The notes under the pieces: generated by a model
Database searches by the model: none
What the model was told of the DNA's origin: nothing
The model's input: the letters and a program-made list of their open reading frames with translations, nothing else
From: Hanamia sp.
GTDB lineage: Bacteria; Bacteroidota; Bacteroidia; Chitinophagales; Chitinophagaceae
Assembly: GCA_035532615.1 (NCBI GenBank)
Contig: DATKQQ010000076.1
Span: 483-64,482, forward strand
Direction: 5' to 3'
Length of the DNA: 64,000 bases
Made by a program: the position numbers and the translations under genes
Shown: piece by piece, positions 11,204-21,568 of the stretch
Layout: the number at the start of each line of letters is the position of its first letter
How positions within the stretch are numbered: position 1 is the stretch's first letter

Positions 11204-12217
11204 ATGAAAATAAAACATATAATATTCCTTGGCGCGGTGGCTGCTTTCAGCAGTTGCAGTACTGCTTACCGTTCCGGACAAACTCCCGATGATGTTTATT
11301 ATTCACCGGCTCCGGTTAAAAATTCTTATGTAAGTTCAGAAAACGATAATGGTTATGCAAGTCCGGGAGATGATAATGGTTATGTAACGCCCCAAACTGA
11401 TAATGATAGAAATTCATACTCTTACCGAAATGATGAAGAAGGACAGAATGGTGGTGGAATCCTGGATCAAAATTATATGGCCCTTGCACCTGTTACCCTG
11501 GATTTAGGATATGCATACGACCCTTATGGATATAGTGGTTTAGGATATGATCCTTATTATTATAATAGTTTTGGCAATCCATTTTATAATTATGATCCTT
11601 TTGGATTGTATAACCCTTATATGTACAATTCTTTGGGATTTGCCGGGTTAGGTTTTGACAATACTCCTTATGGTTTATATAATCCTTATGGATTGTATAA
11701 TCCATATATGTACAGCCCATATATGTACAATCTGTCCTATTTAGGCCACTCCTATTCTTCTCAATATTATCCTGTTTCAGGGAATTCCAATATAAGTTTA
11801 TATTCCGGACCAAGGAGATATAATCTTAATGCATACACGAACACAAGTTCAAGTAGTAATTCGAGCGTTGGTGTACGTGGTAGTGGTAGTATTCCAACTA
11901 ATACTTCATCTTCAACACCAACGACCATAAGGCGTACTACTGGTGTAGGAAGTGTGATCAGGCGGATTTTTACTCCTAATCGTACCCGTATTTATACGGT
12001 ACCATCCAACAACAATAGGGTATATTATAATTCTAATAACAACAGGACATATAATAATTCCAATAATTACAGGACATATAATAATTCCGAAAATTATAGA
12101 ACCTTTAATAACGATCAAACTCCTTCCAGAAGCTATAATAATTCTTCATCTGAGAGTGCCCCTTCCAATTCAGGAAACAGCGGCGGTAGTGCTCCTGTAA
12201 GGACCTTCAGGAGATAA
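11204..12217 (+). CDS. Low-complexity N/Y/P/S-rich lipoprotein
   Basis: Lipobox AAFSSC. Repeats of YNPYGLYNPYMY and NNNRTYNNSNNYRTYNN. Followed by a hairpin terminator. Confidence 0.6.
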   Translation: MKIKHIIFLGAVAAFSSCSTAYRSGQTPDDVYYSPAPVKNSYVSSENDNGYASPGDDNGYVTPQTDNDRNSYSYRNDEEGQNGGGILDQNYMALAPVTLDLGYAYDPYGYSGLGYDPYYYNSFGNPFYNYDPFGLYNPYMYNSLGFAGLGFDNTPYGLYNPYGLYNPYMYSPYMYNLSYLGHSYSSQYYPVSGNSNISLYSGPRRYNLNAYTNTSSSSNSSVGVRGSGSIPTNTSSSTPTTIRRTTGVGSVIRRIFTPNRTRIYTVPSNNNRVYYNSNNNRTYNNSNNYRTYNNSENYRTFNNDQTPSRSYNNSSSESAPSNSGNSGGSAPVRTFRR

Positions 12218-12230
12218 ACACTAATTTATG

Positions 12231-12252
12231 GGATGATTTTTCATCCTTTTTT
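12231..12252 (+). terminator. Rho-independent terminator
   Basis: GGATGA tttt TCATCC stem followed by TTTTTT. Confidence 0.55.
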
Positions 12253-12302
12253 AGATCGTTTTTTTAATTAAAAAGTTGTTTTAGGACAATTAAAGTGAAA
12301 TA

Positions 12303-13850
12303 ATGAATCGAACCATGAAAACAGGATATTTAGTCTTATTATTTTTATTTACTGTCATATATTCTTACGCGCAGGAACCGGCAGATGCTTTGCGATATTC
12401 TTTTTTAACCGAACCTGGAGGTACTGCACGAAACCAGGCAATTGGTGGGGCAGGTGGTGCTTTGGGTGGCGAATTCACTTCTCTTTTTATAAATCCTGCG
12501 GGATTGGGGTTTTATAAGACGGGAGATTTTGCTTTTACGCCGGATTTTTCATTTCAAAATTCTAAATCCAACTACCTGGGCAATCCGGGAAGTGCAAAAA
12601 ATAGTAGCTTTAGTATTGGTACCACGGGATTTGTTTTGGCTTCTCCTTCAGCCCCGGGTAAAAAAGTAAAAAGTTTTGCAATTGGTTTTGGAATCAACAG
12701 GATGGCTGATTTTAATAATCATGTTTATTATAAGGGAACCAACCACTCTTCCTCCTTTTCGGAACAATACCTGGAACAATTGGCTAATGATAACGTTACT
12801 AATCCCAATGATGCTGCCACTAATTATCCTGATGGCGCCAGCCTCGCTTTTAATACTTACTTAATTGATACGCTTCAAAATGCTGACGGTTCAATCGGCG
12901 GTTATAAATCTGAGGCAAATCCTGCGACAGGTCTTATTCAGGAAAATACCATCAATACTTCGGGAGGAATTACTGATGCGGCTATTGGAGGAGGATTGAA
13001 TCTGAAGGATAAATGGTATTTCGGTGCTACCCTTTCATTCCCATTTTTAAACTATAATCGTAATGCTTCTTACAAAGAGAGTGATGCTTCAGGAAATCCT
13101 AACAATAATTTTAATTATTTCATTGCCAATGGAACATTACAAACAAAAGGTGTAGGAGTAGATGGAAAATTTGGTGTCATTTTTAAACCTGTTAAAGATC
13201 TTAGTCTTGGTTTGGCATTTCATACGCCCACTTATTACCAGCTTACTGATAATTACAACACCAAAATAATAACCGATCTAGAAGGTTATGGAGGTGAAGG
13301 TGTAAAACACCAGAGTTCTACTGACCTTAACAATGGTCAGCAGCTTCAATCAAAATATAGTTTCAATACTCCCTGGCGGGCAATATTGAGTGGCGCCTAT
13401 GTTTTTGGTGAAGTGAAAAATGTACAAGACCAGCGCGGCTTTGTTTCTGCGGATATAGAATATGTAAATTACAAAGACGCTTCGTTTCATGACGTAAACA
13501 ATGATGCTTCCGCAGCAGATTATTACAATTCTTTAAATAAGGTTATTAAAGATCTTTATAAAAATGCGATTAATGTTCGGTTGGGAGGAGAATTAAAATT
13601 CAATACGATTATGTTCAGGTTAGGCGGTGCGTATTACGGTAATCCTTATCAAAATCAAAGCGCCAATCTCATAAAAATAAGCGGAGGTATTGGTTATCGA
13701 AACAGGGGAATGTTTCTTGATCTTACTTATGTTTATTTAACTAATAAAGACATCAACTATCCCTATATGCTGGAAGATAAACCTAATGTACCGGCGTATT
13801 TGCGAAATAATGCAGGGAATATTGTGGCTTCGATTGGGTTTAAGCTTTAA
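12303..13850 (+). CDS. Outer-membrane beta-barrel protein, FadL/OmpP1-like
   Basis: Signal peptide. N-terminal GGAGGALGGEFTSLFINPAGL motif resembles FadL/TodX. C-terminal aromatic-rich strands. Confidence 0.5.
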   Translation: MNRTMKTGYLVLLFLFTVIYSYAQEPADALRYSFLTEPGGTARNQAIGGAGGALGGEFTSLFINPAGLGFYKTGDFAFTPDFSFQNSKSNYLGNPGSAKNSSFSIGTTGFVLASPSAPGKKVKSFAIGFGINRMADFNNHVYYKGTNHSSSFSEQYLEQLANDNVTNPNDAATNYPDGASLAFNTYLIDTLQNADGSIGGYKSEANPATGLIQENTINTSGGITDAAIGGGLNLKDKWYFGATLSFPFLNYNRNASYKESDASGNPNNNFNYFIANGTLQTKGVGVDGKFGVIFKPVKDLSLGLAFHTPTYYQLTDNYNTKIITDLEGYGGEGVKHQSSTDLNNGQQLQSKYSFNTPWRAILSGAYVFGEVKNVQDQRGFVSADIEYVNYKDASFHDVNNDASAADYYNSLNKVIKDLYKNAINVRLGGELKFNTIMFRLGGAYYGNPYQNQSANLIKISGGIGYRNRGMFLDLTYVYLTNKDINYPYMLEDKPNVPAYLRNNAGNIVASIGFKL

Positions 13851-13989
13851 TTTCCCGAAGGCAATAGTTTTCAGATTTCACGAATTAGTTTTTCAGGAAT
13901 AACTTTTAGAAAGTTTGATTAAAGCTTTATGATAATTGGGACTATTATTCATCTTTCGAATGTTCATTATAATAAATCAAACTAATATC

Positions 13990-15714
13990 TTAACTTGCTT
14001 TAAATCCTTCCTTCAATGTAACTGTTCTGTTAAATACCAAAGCTCCGGGTTTTGAATCTTTATCTATGCAAAAATATCCATTGCGCATAAACTGAAAGTG
14101 GGCACCGGTTTCAGCATGTTGAATATGTGGTTCTATGAACACATTTTTAATGATTTGCAATGAATCAGGATTTATAAAATCTTTGAAATCCCCTTCTTCA
14201 GCAGCAGGATTTTCTACTTTAAATAAACGGTCGTATAATCTTACTTCTGCTTTGGCAGCATCACGTGCATTGATCCAGTGAATGGTTCCTTTTACTTTTA
14301 AGTGACTCGTATCATGATGACTTTTGCTTTCGGGCAGATAAGTGCAATGTATCTCTGTCACATTTCCAGTAGCATCTTTTTTAAAACTTTCGCATTTAAT
14401 AATGTAAGCGCTTTTTAAACGAACCATTTGTCCTGGTGCCAGGCGGAACCATTTTTTTACAGGGGATTCCATAAAGTCTTCTTTTTCTATCCATAGTACT
14501 TTTGAGAAAGTGATCGTTCTTATATTCCCCGCATCATTAGGAAGATTTTCAGTGGTTAATTCCTCTGTTTTATTCTCATCATAATTATCTATGATTAGTT
14601 TAAGTGGATTCAAAACAGCCATTACACGATTGGCAGTTTGGTTCAGTTCTTCACGAATGCAAAATTCCAGCAGGCAAATATCAATCATGTTATCCCTTTT
14701 AGCTACCCCAATCTTTTCACAGAAGGTTCTTATGCTGGAAGGTGTATATCCTTTTCTCCTGAAGCCTGAAAGTGTAGGCATTCGAGGATCATCCCACCCT
14801 GAAACATAACCATCATTTACAAGTTGTAATAATCTACGTTTACTCATCACCGTATAGGTCATATTTAAACGCGCAAATTCATATTGGCGGGAAGGGAAGA
14901 TTTCTAATTTTTCTATGAACCAATTGTAGAGTTCACGATGCGGAACAAATTCAAGCGTACAAATGCTATGAGTAATATGCTCAATACTATCGCTTTGTCC
15001 GTGAGCAAAATCATACATTGGATAAATACACCATTTATTCCCTGTACGATGATGATGCGCATGCTTTATTCGATACATAATTGGATCGCGCATTAGCATA
15101 TTGATATGTGACATATCAATTTTTGCACGTAATACTTTTTCGCCGTCTTTATATTTCCCGTTCTTCATTTCCTCAAAAAGAAGAAGATTTTCTTTCACAC
15201 TTCTGTTGCGAAAATGATTATCTTTTCCAGGTTCAGTGGGCGTTCCTTTCTCAGAGGCAATTTGTTCCGGGGTGCTGTCGTCAACGTATGCTAACCCTTT
15301 ATTGATAAGCTTTACAGCAAAAAGATACAATTCGTCAAAATAATCGCTTGAATAATATTCGTTACTCCAGGTAAAGCCAAGCCAACGAATATCCTCTTTA
15401 ATGCTCTCCACATATTCTGTATCTTCTGTTACCGGATTGGTATCATCAAAACGAAGATTGGTTGCGCCAATATATTTAAGCCCCAATCCAAAATTTAAGC
15501 AGATGCTTTTTGCATGTCCAATATGCAGATAGCCATTCGGTTCGGGTGGAAAACGCGTTAATATTTTTTCATGCTTATCATTACGAAGATCCTCTTCAAT
15601 GATCTCTTCTATAAAATTCAAACTTTTAAAATCATCAGAATCTCCTGCCGGGAAGGGCAATTTCGATTTTCCTGATTCGGAATGGCTATTCTTATCTCTA
15701 ATATTTTCTAACAT
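13990..15714 (-). CDS. glnS: Glutamine--tRNA ligase
   Basis: HIGH motif (LHIGHAKS) and KMSKS-like VMSKR. 574 aa. Confidence 0.95.
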   Translation of the reverse strand: MLENIRDKNSHSESGKSKLPFPAGDSDDFKSLNFIEEIIEEDLRNDKHEKILTRFPPEPNGYLHIGHAKSICLNFGLGLKYIGATNLRFDDTNPVTEDTEYVESIKEDIRWLGFTWSNEYYSSDYFDELYLFAVKLINKGLAYVDDSTPEQIASEKGTPTEPGKDNHFRNRSVKENLLLFEEMKNGKYKDGEKVLRAKIDMSHINMLMRDPIMYRIKHAHHHRTGNKWCIYPMYDFAHGQSDSIEHITHSICTLEFVPHRELYNWFIEKLEIFPSRQYEFARLNMTYTVMSKRRLLQLVNDGYVSGWDDPRMPTLSGFRRKGYTPSSIRTFCEKIGVAKRDNMIDICLLEFCIREELNQTANRVMAVLNPLKLIIDNYDENKTEELTTENLPNDAGNIRTITFSKVLWIEKEDFMESPVKKWFRLAPGQMVRLKSAYIIKCESFKKDATGNVTEIHCTYLPESKSHHDTSHLKVKGTIHWINARDAAKAEVRLYDRLFKVENPAAEEGDFKDFINPDSLQIIKNVFIEPHIQHAETGAHFQFMRNGYFCIDKDSKPGALVFNRTVTLKEGFKAS

Positions 15715-15770
15715 TTTTTTATTTTGCTTCCAAACTTTTAATTCCCAAATCGATTTTTAATTTTTAATTT

Positions 15771-16556
15771 TTAATTGTCTTCCATACTTTCTGCGATCAA
15801 TTCTGCAATATCTATCACTTTAACTTCATCTTCTTTTTCATGGAGTTTTACGCCATCAGAGAGCATCATCATACAATAAGGACAATTAGAAGCAATAATT
15901 TTAGCACCAGTTTCAATGGCTTCCGATGTTCTTTCTTCATTGATTCTTTTAGTGCCTTTTTCTTCTTCTTTGAATACCTGGGCACCACCGGCACCACAAC
16001 ACAATCCATTGCTCCTGGATCGTTTCATCTCTACCAATTCCACATCTAATGCTTCCAAAACTTTACGAGGTGCTTCATAAATGTTATTGGCCCGCCCAAG
16101 ATAACAGCTATCGTGATATGTAATTTTTTTACCCTTAAAACTTCCATCCTCTTTCATCTTTATTTTTCCATCCTCAATAAGCTGCTGTAAAAAAACAGTA
16201 TGATGAACCACTTCATAATTGCCGCCAAGCGCAGGATATTCATTTTTTAGAATATTAAAACAATGAGGACAGGTAGTTACTATTTTTTTTATTTCATAAC
16301 CATTTAGTAATTGAATGTTTTGATATGCCATCATCTGGAACAAAAATTCATTGCCGGCACGCCTTGCAGGGTCACCATTGCATATTTCTTCTTTGCCCAG
16401 GATAGCATAATTAATACCAATTTTATTTAAAATAGTTGCAAATGCTTTCGTAATTTTTTGCGCGCGCTGGTCAAAACTGCCCGCACATCCCACAAAAAAT
16501 AGTATCTCAGGAGTTTTACCTTCTGCCATCATTTCAGCCATGGTTGGAATATGCAT
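15771..16556 (-). CDS. (Fe-S)-binding protein with CCG cysteine-rich domains
   Basis: Cys motifs FFVGCAGSF, TTCPHCFN, YHDSCYLGR, CCGAGG and SNCPYC. Start moved to the internal ATG at 16556; the track extension would overlap the divergent neighbour. Confidence 0.75.
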   Translation of the reverse strand: MHIPTMAEMMAEGKTPEILFFVGCAGSFDQRAQKITKAFATILNKIGINYAILGKEEICNGDPARRAGNEFLFQMMAYQNIQLLNGYEIKKIVTTCPHCFNILKNEYPALGGNYEVVHHTVFLQQLIEDGKIKMKEDGSFKGKKITYHDSCYLGRANNIYEAPRKVLEALDVELVEMKRSRSNGLCCGAGGAQVFKEEEKGTKRINEERTSEAIETGAKIIASNCPYCMMMLSDGVKLHEKEDEVKVIDIAELIAESMEDN

Positions 16557-16652
16557 TTTTCTTAAATTATTGGCAGCTAAATTACAACAAACAATTTTGA
16601 TAGACGGCAACAGGTTCAACGGTTTAAACTTATTTTTGCGGTTCTGAAAAAA

Positions 16653-17699
16653 ATGAATCTGATCACAAAAATAAAAAACTGGGAACAATGGCCTTTTAAG
16701 ATTTTATATGCTCCGATAGCTCCCGTTTGGGCCTGGTATATGATTCGTTCGGGTTCCGTATGGTTTTTTACACCGAGTAATCCTAAACTTACTTTTGGCG
16801 GAATGGAAGGTGAACCAAAGAAAGAAATGCACGATTTACTTCCCGTTGAGCTTTGCCCGAACTATTTTAATGTAAAACCTTCAATCAGCTTTCAGGAAAT
16901 AAAAGAGATGCTTGCCCATAGCGGTATTCAATATCCTTTAATTGTAAAACCTGAGGTTGGGGGACAAGGAATATTATTTAGAAAAATTGAAAATGAAGAA
17001 CACTTAAAAGAATACCATTCTAAAATTCCAGTAGAGTATTTTATTCAGGAATTTATAAAATATCCAGTAGAAGTAAGCCTTTTTTATTATCGTTATCCTT
17101 TTGAAAAAAGAGGAGCTATTACCGGGTTTCTTCAAAAAATACCCATGCGTGTAACAGGAGACGGAATCCATACGCTGGAAGAATTGCTTCTGATGAATTT
17201 AAAAGCAAAAAAAAGGATTGCGGGACTCAAACTTAAACATGGACAAAATTTTAATAAAATAATTCCCGTTGGCGAAACTTATATTCTGAGCTATGCCGCC
17301 AATCATAACAGGGGAGCACAATTTATAGATCTCAGTTCTGAAATTGATGACAAATTAATAGAGATGCTTGATGAAATAAGCCTCGGCATTAATGATTTTT
17401 TTTATGGAAGATATGATATCATGTGTAATTCGATTGAAGAATTGAAACAGAGGAAAAATTTTATGATTCTTGAATACAATGGATGCGGCGCTGAACCCAA
17501 TCACTTTTATGATACCGGATACACTTTGAGTGGTGCATGGAACGAAATTCTGAAACACTGGAAAATATTGTATCGTATCAGTAGCTATAATCATAAACAA
17601 GAAATACCTTACTGGCACTTAATGAAAGGCATTCGCTTCAGACATAAAACAAGAAAACATTATAAAATAATTAATAAAGCAGATAAAGAAATTTCCTGA
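16653..17699 (+). CDS. ATP-grasp domain protein
   Basis: The PLIVKPEVGGQGILFRKI segment is typical of the ATP-grasp fold. 348 aa. Confidence 0.55.
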   Translation: MNLITKIKNWEQWPFKILYAPIAPVWAWYMIRSGSVWFFTPSNPKLTFGGMEGEPKKEMHDLLPVELCPNYFNVKPSISFQEIKEMLAHSGIQYPLIVKPEVGGQGILFRKIENEEHLKEYHSKIPVEYFIQEFIKYPVEVSLFYYRYPFEKRGAITGFLQKIPMRVTGDGIHTLEELLLMNLKAKKRIAGLKLKHGQNFNKIIPVGETYILSYAANHNRGAQFIDLSSEIDDKLIEMLDEISLGINDFFYGRYDIMCNSIEELKQRKNFMILEYNGCGAEPNHFYDTGYTLSGAWNEILKHWKILYRISSYNHKQEIPYWHLMKGIRFRHKTRKHYKIINKADKEIS

Positions 17700-17727
17700 A
17701 AATATAACACCTTGCAAAACTAAAACC

Positions 17728-18282
17728 ATGATGATAATGTTGAAATATCTTTTGACCTTTTTGCTTTTCACCGGATCGCAGACGAATGCACAAAATTACA
17801 CTCCGACTGACGCAGGTAGTAAAGTACACTTTGTAATTAAAAATTTCGGGATCAATACAGGGGGAGATCTTTCAGGTATTAAAGGGATAATAGACTTTTT
17901 TCCTGATAACCTTGCTGAATGTAAGTTTGATGTAACTGTGGCTGTATCCACGATTAACACTGATAACGGAATGAGAGATAAAAGCCTGGTAAGCGATGAA
18001 TATTTTGATGCTACTAAATTTCCGTTGATACATTTAATTTCTACCAAAATTTCCAAAACAAATAAAACGGAAGATGGATTTTTTTATTTTATAGGAAATC
18101 TTACCATAAAAGGAGTAACCAAACCAATTTCTTTTCCATTCCAGGCAAAAAAGATTAATGGTGATTATTTATTTACAGGTAATTTTCAAATAGAACGCAC
18201 TGATTTTGGAGTTGGTGAAAAAAATATTGTTTTGAGCGATGAGGTAGCTGTGTCTTTATCCGTTTTGGCAAAAAAGAACTGA
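17728..18282 (+). CDS. YceI family periplasmic protein
   Basis: Signal peptide plus a YceI-like beta-barrel sequence (FVIKNFGINTGG... GVTKPISFPF). Confidence 0.8.
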   Translation: MMIMLKYLLTFLLFTGSQTNAQNYTPTDAGSKVHFVIKNFGINTGGDLSGIKGIIDFFPDNLAECKFDVTVAVSTINTDNGMRDKSLVSDEYFDATKFPLIHLISTKISKTNKTEDGFFYFIGNLTIKGVTKPISFPFQAKKINGDYLFTGNFQIERTDFGVGEKNIVLSDEVAVSLSVLAKKN

Positions 18283-18302
18283 CCAAAAGAATTAACCGAT
18301 TA

Positions 18303-18968
18303 ATGGGATTAGTAAAAATTTTTTTCTGGGGAATGATAGTGAGTTTCTTAGGCTCACTTCCTTTGGGCACCCTTAATGTAGCAGCTATGCAGATAAGTGT
18401 GCAGGAAAGTATTAAAAATGCAATTTATTTTTCAATTGGATCTTTACTGGTAGAAATGTTTTATGTGCGTGTTTCATTAGTGGGCATTAATTGGATACGC
18501 AAACAAAAAAAAATATTCCGGTGGATGGAATGGATCGCCCTCGCTATTGTAGTAGCCCTTGCTGTGGGTAGTTTTATTGCAGCAATGCAACCGCATCATG
18601 CAAAAAATGTGATGCTTGATAATAACATTAACCGTTTTCTCCTGGGTGTGATGTTGAGTGCTATCAGTCCCATGCAAATTCCATTTTGGTTTGGTTGGAG
18701 TACGGTCCTTTTTACTAAAAATATTTTGCAGCCTAAAAATTCTTACTATAATTTTTATATCGTAGGTATTGGATTAGGGACACTTTTAGGAAATTGTGTT
18801 TTTATTTTTGGAGGTAAATGGATCGTCCAAAAACTAAATGCAAACCAGAATTTAATGAACTGGATTATTGGTGGAATTTTCGCAATAACAGCAATTATTT
18901 TTTTAATAAAAATTCTGTTAAATAAAGATGCAGCTGAGAAGTTGGAAGATATGAGTGTGAAAGAATAG
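18303..18968 (+). CDS. LysE/RhtB-like membrane translocator
   Basis: 221 aa with six hydrophobic helices. N-terminal GSLPLGTLN motif. Confidence 0.5.
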   Translation: MGLVKIFFWGMIVSFLGSLPLGTLNVAAMQISVQESIKNAIYFSIGSLLVEMFYVRVSLVGINWIRKQKKIFRWMEWIALAIVVALAVGSFIAAMQPHHAKNVMLDNNINRFLLGVMLSAISPMQIPFWFGWSTVLFTKNILQPKNSYYNFYIVGIGLGTLLGNCVFIFGGKWIVQKLNANQNLMNWIIGGIFAITAIIFLIKILLNKDAAEKLEDMSVKE

Positions 18969-19141
18969 GCATTATGTATCCAGATATGAGAAAGGTGCGA
19001 TTTGTCTTTAGATAATTTTACAGTAAACCAACAAATAATCTGTATTTCTTTTTTTTCAATCCATGAAAGTCTCACCCCAACCCCTGTCTGACTTCATCAA
19101 ACAGGCAGGCTTCTCCGAAAGAGAAGGGAATGCTCTGTTAG

Positions 19142-19212
19142 AAATTCGTGAAAATCCTTGTAATCAGTGGCTATCTTGTTTTTAAATTCGTGAAAATTTG
19201 TACAATTAGTGG
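19142..19212. repeat. Two copies of an AAATTCGTGAAAAT...AGTGG ~29-bp intergenic motif
   Basis: Copies at 19142-19170 and 19184-19212. A related AATTCGCGAAATTCGGTACC lies at about 22482-22502, upstream of the DAHP synthase gene. Confidence 0.8.
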
Positions 19213-19270
19213 ATAAACAAAAAAATAAATTTGTTGCTTTCAATTTCTAACTTATTTTTGCGCAGCAATT

Positions 19271-19345
19271 ATGATCACAAAAGCAAATACCGGCTTCTTT
19301 TACTTTAGCTACTATTTTAGAAATAGCCCGGGATGCCTTTGTTAA
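19271..19345 (+). promoter_or_regulatory. Aromatic-rich leader peptide ORF (MITKANTGFFYFSYYFRNSPGCLC)
   Basis: 24 codons, with 7 Phe/Tyr among codons 9-16. Lies 160 nt upstream of pheA. Its 3' end overlaps an anti-terminator arm. Confidence 0.6.
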
Positions 19346-19373
19346 TACTGAAACAAACAGATAACGATAAAAG

Positions 19374-19407
19374 AATCCCGGCTGAAAAAGTCGGGATTTT
19401 TGTTTTT
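19374..19407 (+). terminator. Attenuator terminator of the aromatic amino-acid operon
   Basis: AATCCCGGC / GTCGGGATT stem (9 bp, one G-U) followed by TTTTGTTTTT. The 5' arm can alternatively pair with CCGGGAT at 19328-19334. Confidence 0.6.
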
Positions 19408-19504
19408 ATGACCCGAACATGATGATAAAAAGATGATAAGATAAATGAAGAATAATATCATCATGTGAGAGCCATCTGGCAATTAAAAAAATGAAAATGT
19501 TCAG

Positions 19505-20341
19505 ATGAAAAAGAGAATAGCCATACAGGGTTTTGAAGGTAGCTTTCACCAGGCTGCAGCCCGTAGATTTTTTGGAAATGATGTGGAAGTAATTTGTTGC
19601 TCCACCTTTCGCGATGTAGTTAAAATTGCTGATGACGAAAGTAAGAGCGATGGAGGTTTGATGGCTATTGAGAATTCTATTGCCGGAAGTATTTTACCAA
19701 ATTATAATTTGCTTCAAAAGAGTAATTTAAAAATTACGGGAGAGATCTATCTCCAGATTGATCAAAATCTTTTGGTGAATCCCGGTGTTTCATTGGAGGA
19801 TATCCGCGAAGTGCATTCGCATCCGATGGCGTTATTGCAATGCCTGGATTTTTTGGAAAAATATAATTGGAAATTAATTGAAACAGAAGATACCGCTCTC
19901 AGCGCTCAACATATTCATCAGCACAAAAGCAAGCACATAGCAGCCATCGCAGGTGAATTTGCTGCTGAACTTTATCAATTAGATATGATTGCGCCAAACA
20001 TTCACACGCAAAAAAATAATTATACCAGGTTTTGGGCTTTGGAAAATAAAGCATCTGCAAAAGTAGTTGTTGAAGCAAACAAAGCTTCACTGATTTTTGA
20101 AACAGATCATTCAAAAGGCAGCCTTGCTAAAGTGCTTACCAAGATCTCAGAAGGAGGGATAAATCTAAGCAAACTGCAATCCATGCCTATACCTGGTAGC
20201 GATTGGAAATATGCTTTTCATGTTGACTGCGAATTTACCAGCCTGGAACATCTTAATAATGTTCTGAAAAATATAAAACCTTTTACAGCGGCGGTTAAAG
20301 TGTATGGTGTTTATAAAAATGGAAAAACACCGAGAACCTGA
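19505..20341 (+). CDS. pheA: Prephenate dehydratase
   Basis: PDT domain plus a C-terminal ACT-like region. First gene of the aromatic operon. Confidence 0.9.
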   Translation: MKKRIAIQGFEGSFHQAAARRFFGNDVEVICCSTFRDVVKIADDESKSDGGLMAIENSIAGSILPNYNLLQKSNLKITGEIYLQIDQNLLVNPGVSLEDIREVHSHPMALLQCLDFLEKYNWKLIETEDTALSAQHIHQHKSKHIAAIAGEFAAELYQLDMIAPNIHTQKNNYTRFWALENKASAKVVVEANKASLIFETDHSKGSLAKVLTKISEGGINLSKLQSMPIPGSDWKYAFHVDCEFTSLEHLNNVLKNIKPFTAAVKVYGVYKNGKTPRT

Positions 20342-20361
20342 TTTAATGTAAAGAAAGAAAT

Positions 20362-21558
20362 ATGAATGACAAATCAATAAATGCTATGAATAATGATTCT
20401 CAAATAGTCGGGAAGGTATCTGAACGACTCGAAGGAGTTGAAGAATATTATTTTTCAAAGAAACTGAGACAAATTGATGAAATGAATAAAGCCGGGAAGA
20501 ATGTTATCAATCTGGGAATCGGAAGCCCCGATCTTCCGCCCCATCCCGATGTGATCAAAACATTGCAGGAAGAAGCTGCCAAGCCCAACCAGCACGGTTA
20601 TCAGAATTATAAAGGAAGTCCGGTACTTAGGAATGCGATTTCTAAATGGTACAAAAGATGGTATGATGTAGTATTGAATCCTGAAACAGAAATTTTGCCA
20701 TTGATCGGAAGCAAAGAAGGTATCATGCATATTTGTATGACTTATATTAATAAGGGAGATACGGTTTTAATTCCCAATCCCGGTTATCCTACTTATATGA
20801 GTGCAGCAAAAATTGCAGGAGCTAACGTGAAGGCATATACGCTCACAAAAGAAAATAACTGGTGCCCTGATTTTGGAGAACTGGAAAAGCTGGATTTACA
20901 AAATGTAAAATTGATGTTTGTAAATTACCCTCAAATGCCTACAGGGCAGTTACCCATAAACGAAATGTTTGAAGAATTGATTTCATTTGCTAAAAAGCAC
21001 CGGATTCTTATTGTACACGATAATCCTTATAGTTTTATTCTCAATGATCATCCAATGAGTTTATTAAAATTTGAAGGAGCTAAAGAGGTCGTGGTTGAAT
21101 TAAATTCCTTCAGCAAAAGCCATAATATGGCAGGATGGAGAATGGGCATGCTTTGTGGAGCCAAGGAAAGAATTGGTGAAGTGCTTCGTTTCAAAAGCAA
21201 TATGGATAGTGGAATGTTTCTTCCTCTACAACTTGCTGCAGCAAAGGCTTTGGAGCTAGGTAAGGATTGGTACGATTCTGTAAACACTGTTTATAGAAGG
21301 AGGAGAGAGAAAGTATTTGAATTATTAAATTGTCTGAACTGTTCTTTTGATAAAGACCAGGCAGGATTATTTGTCTGGGCATCAATCCCATCAGGATATA
21401 AAGATGGGTATGAATTAACAGATAAAGTTTTAAATGACTGCAATGTATTCATTGCACCAGGTGGAATTTTTGGAGATGCAGGTGATACATATATCCGCGT
21501 TAGTTTGTGTGCGACAGAAGAAAAATTAAATGAAGCAATAAAAAGAATTAAAAAATAA
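20362..21558 (+). CDS. Class I/II PLP-dependent aminotransferase
   Basis: PLP-lysine motif SFSKSHNMAGWRMG. 398 aa. Confidence 0.85.
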   Translation: MNDKSINAMNNDSQIVGKVSERLEGVEEYYFSKKLRQIDEMNKAGKNVINLGIGSPDLPPHPDVIKTLQEEAAKPNQHGYQNYKGSPVLRNAISKWYKRWYDVVLNPETEILPLIGSKEGIMHICMTYINKGDTVLIPNPGYPTYMSAAKIAGANVKAYTLTKENNWCPDFGELEKLDLQNVKLMFVNYPQMPTGQLPINEMFEELISFAKKHRILIVHDNPYSFILNDHPMSLLKFEGAKEVVVELNSFSKSHNMAGWRMGMLCGAKERIGEVLRFKSNMDSGMFLPLQLAAAKALELGKDWYDSVNTVYRRRREKVFELLNCLNCSFDKDQAGLFVWASIPSGYKDGYELTDKVLNDCNVFIAPGGIFGDAGDTYIRVSLCATEEKLNEAIKRIKK

Positions 21559-21568
21559 TTGACAGATC

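Noticed and set aside
18755-19075. 106-aa minus-strand ORF at the end of the LysE-like gene
   Set aside because: It overlaps the 3' end of the plus-strand transporter gene and runs into repeat-like intergenic sequence. It has no motif.
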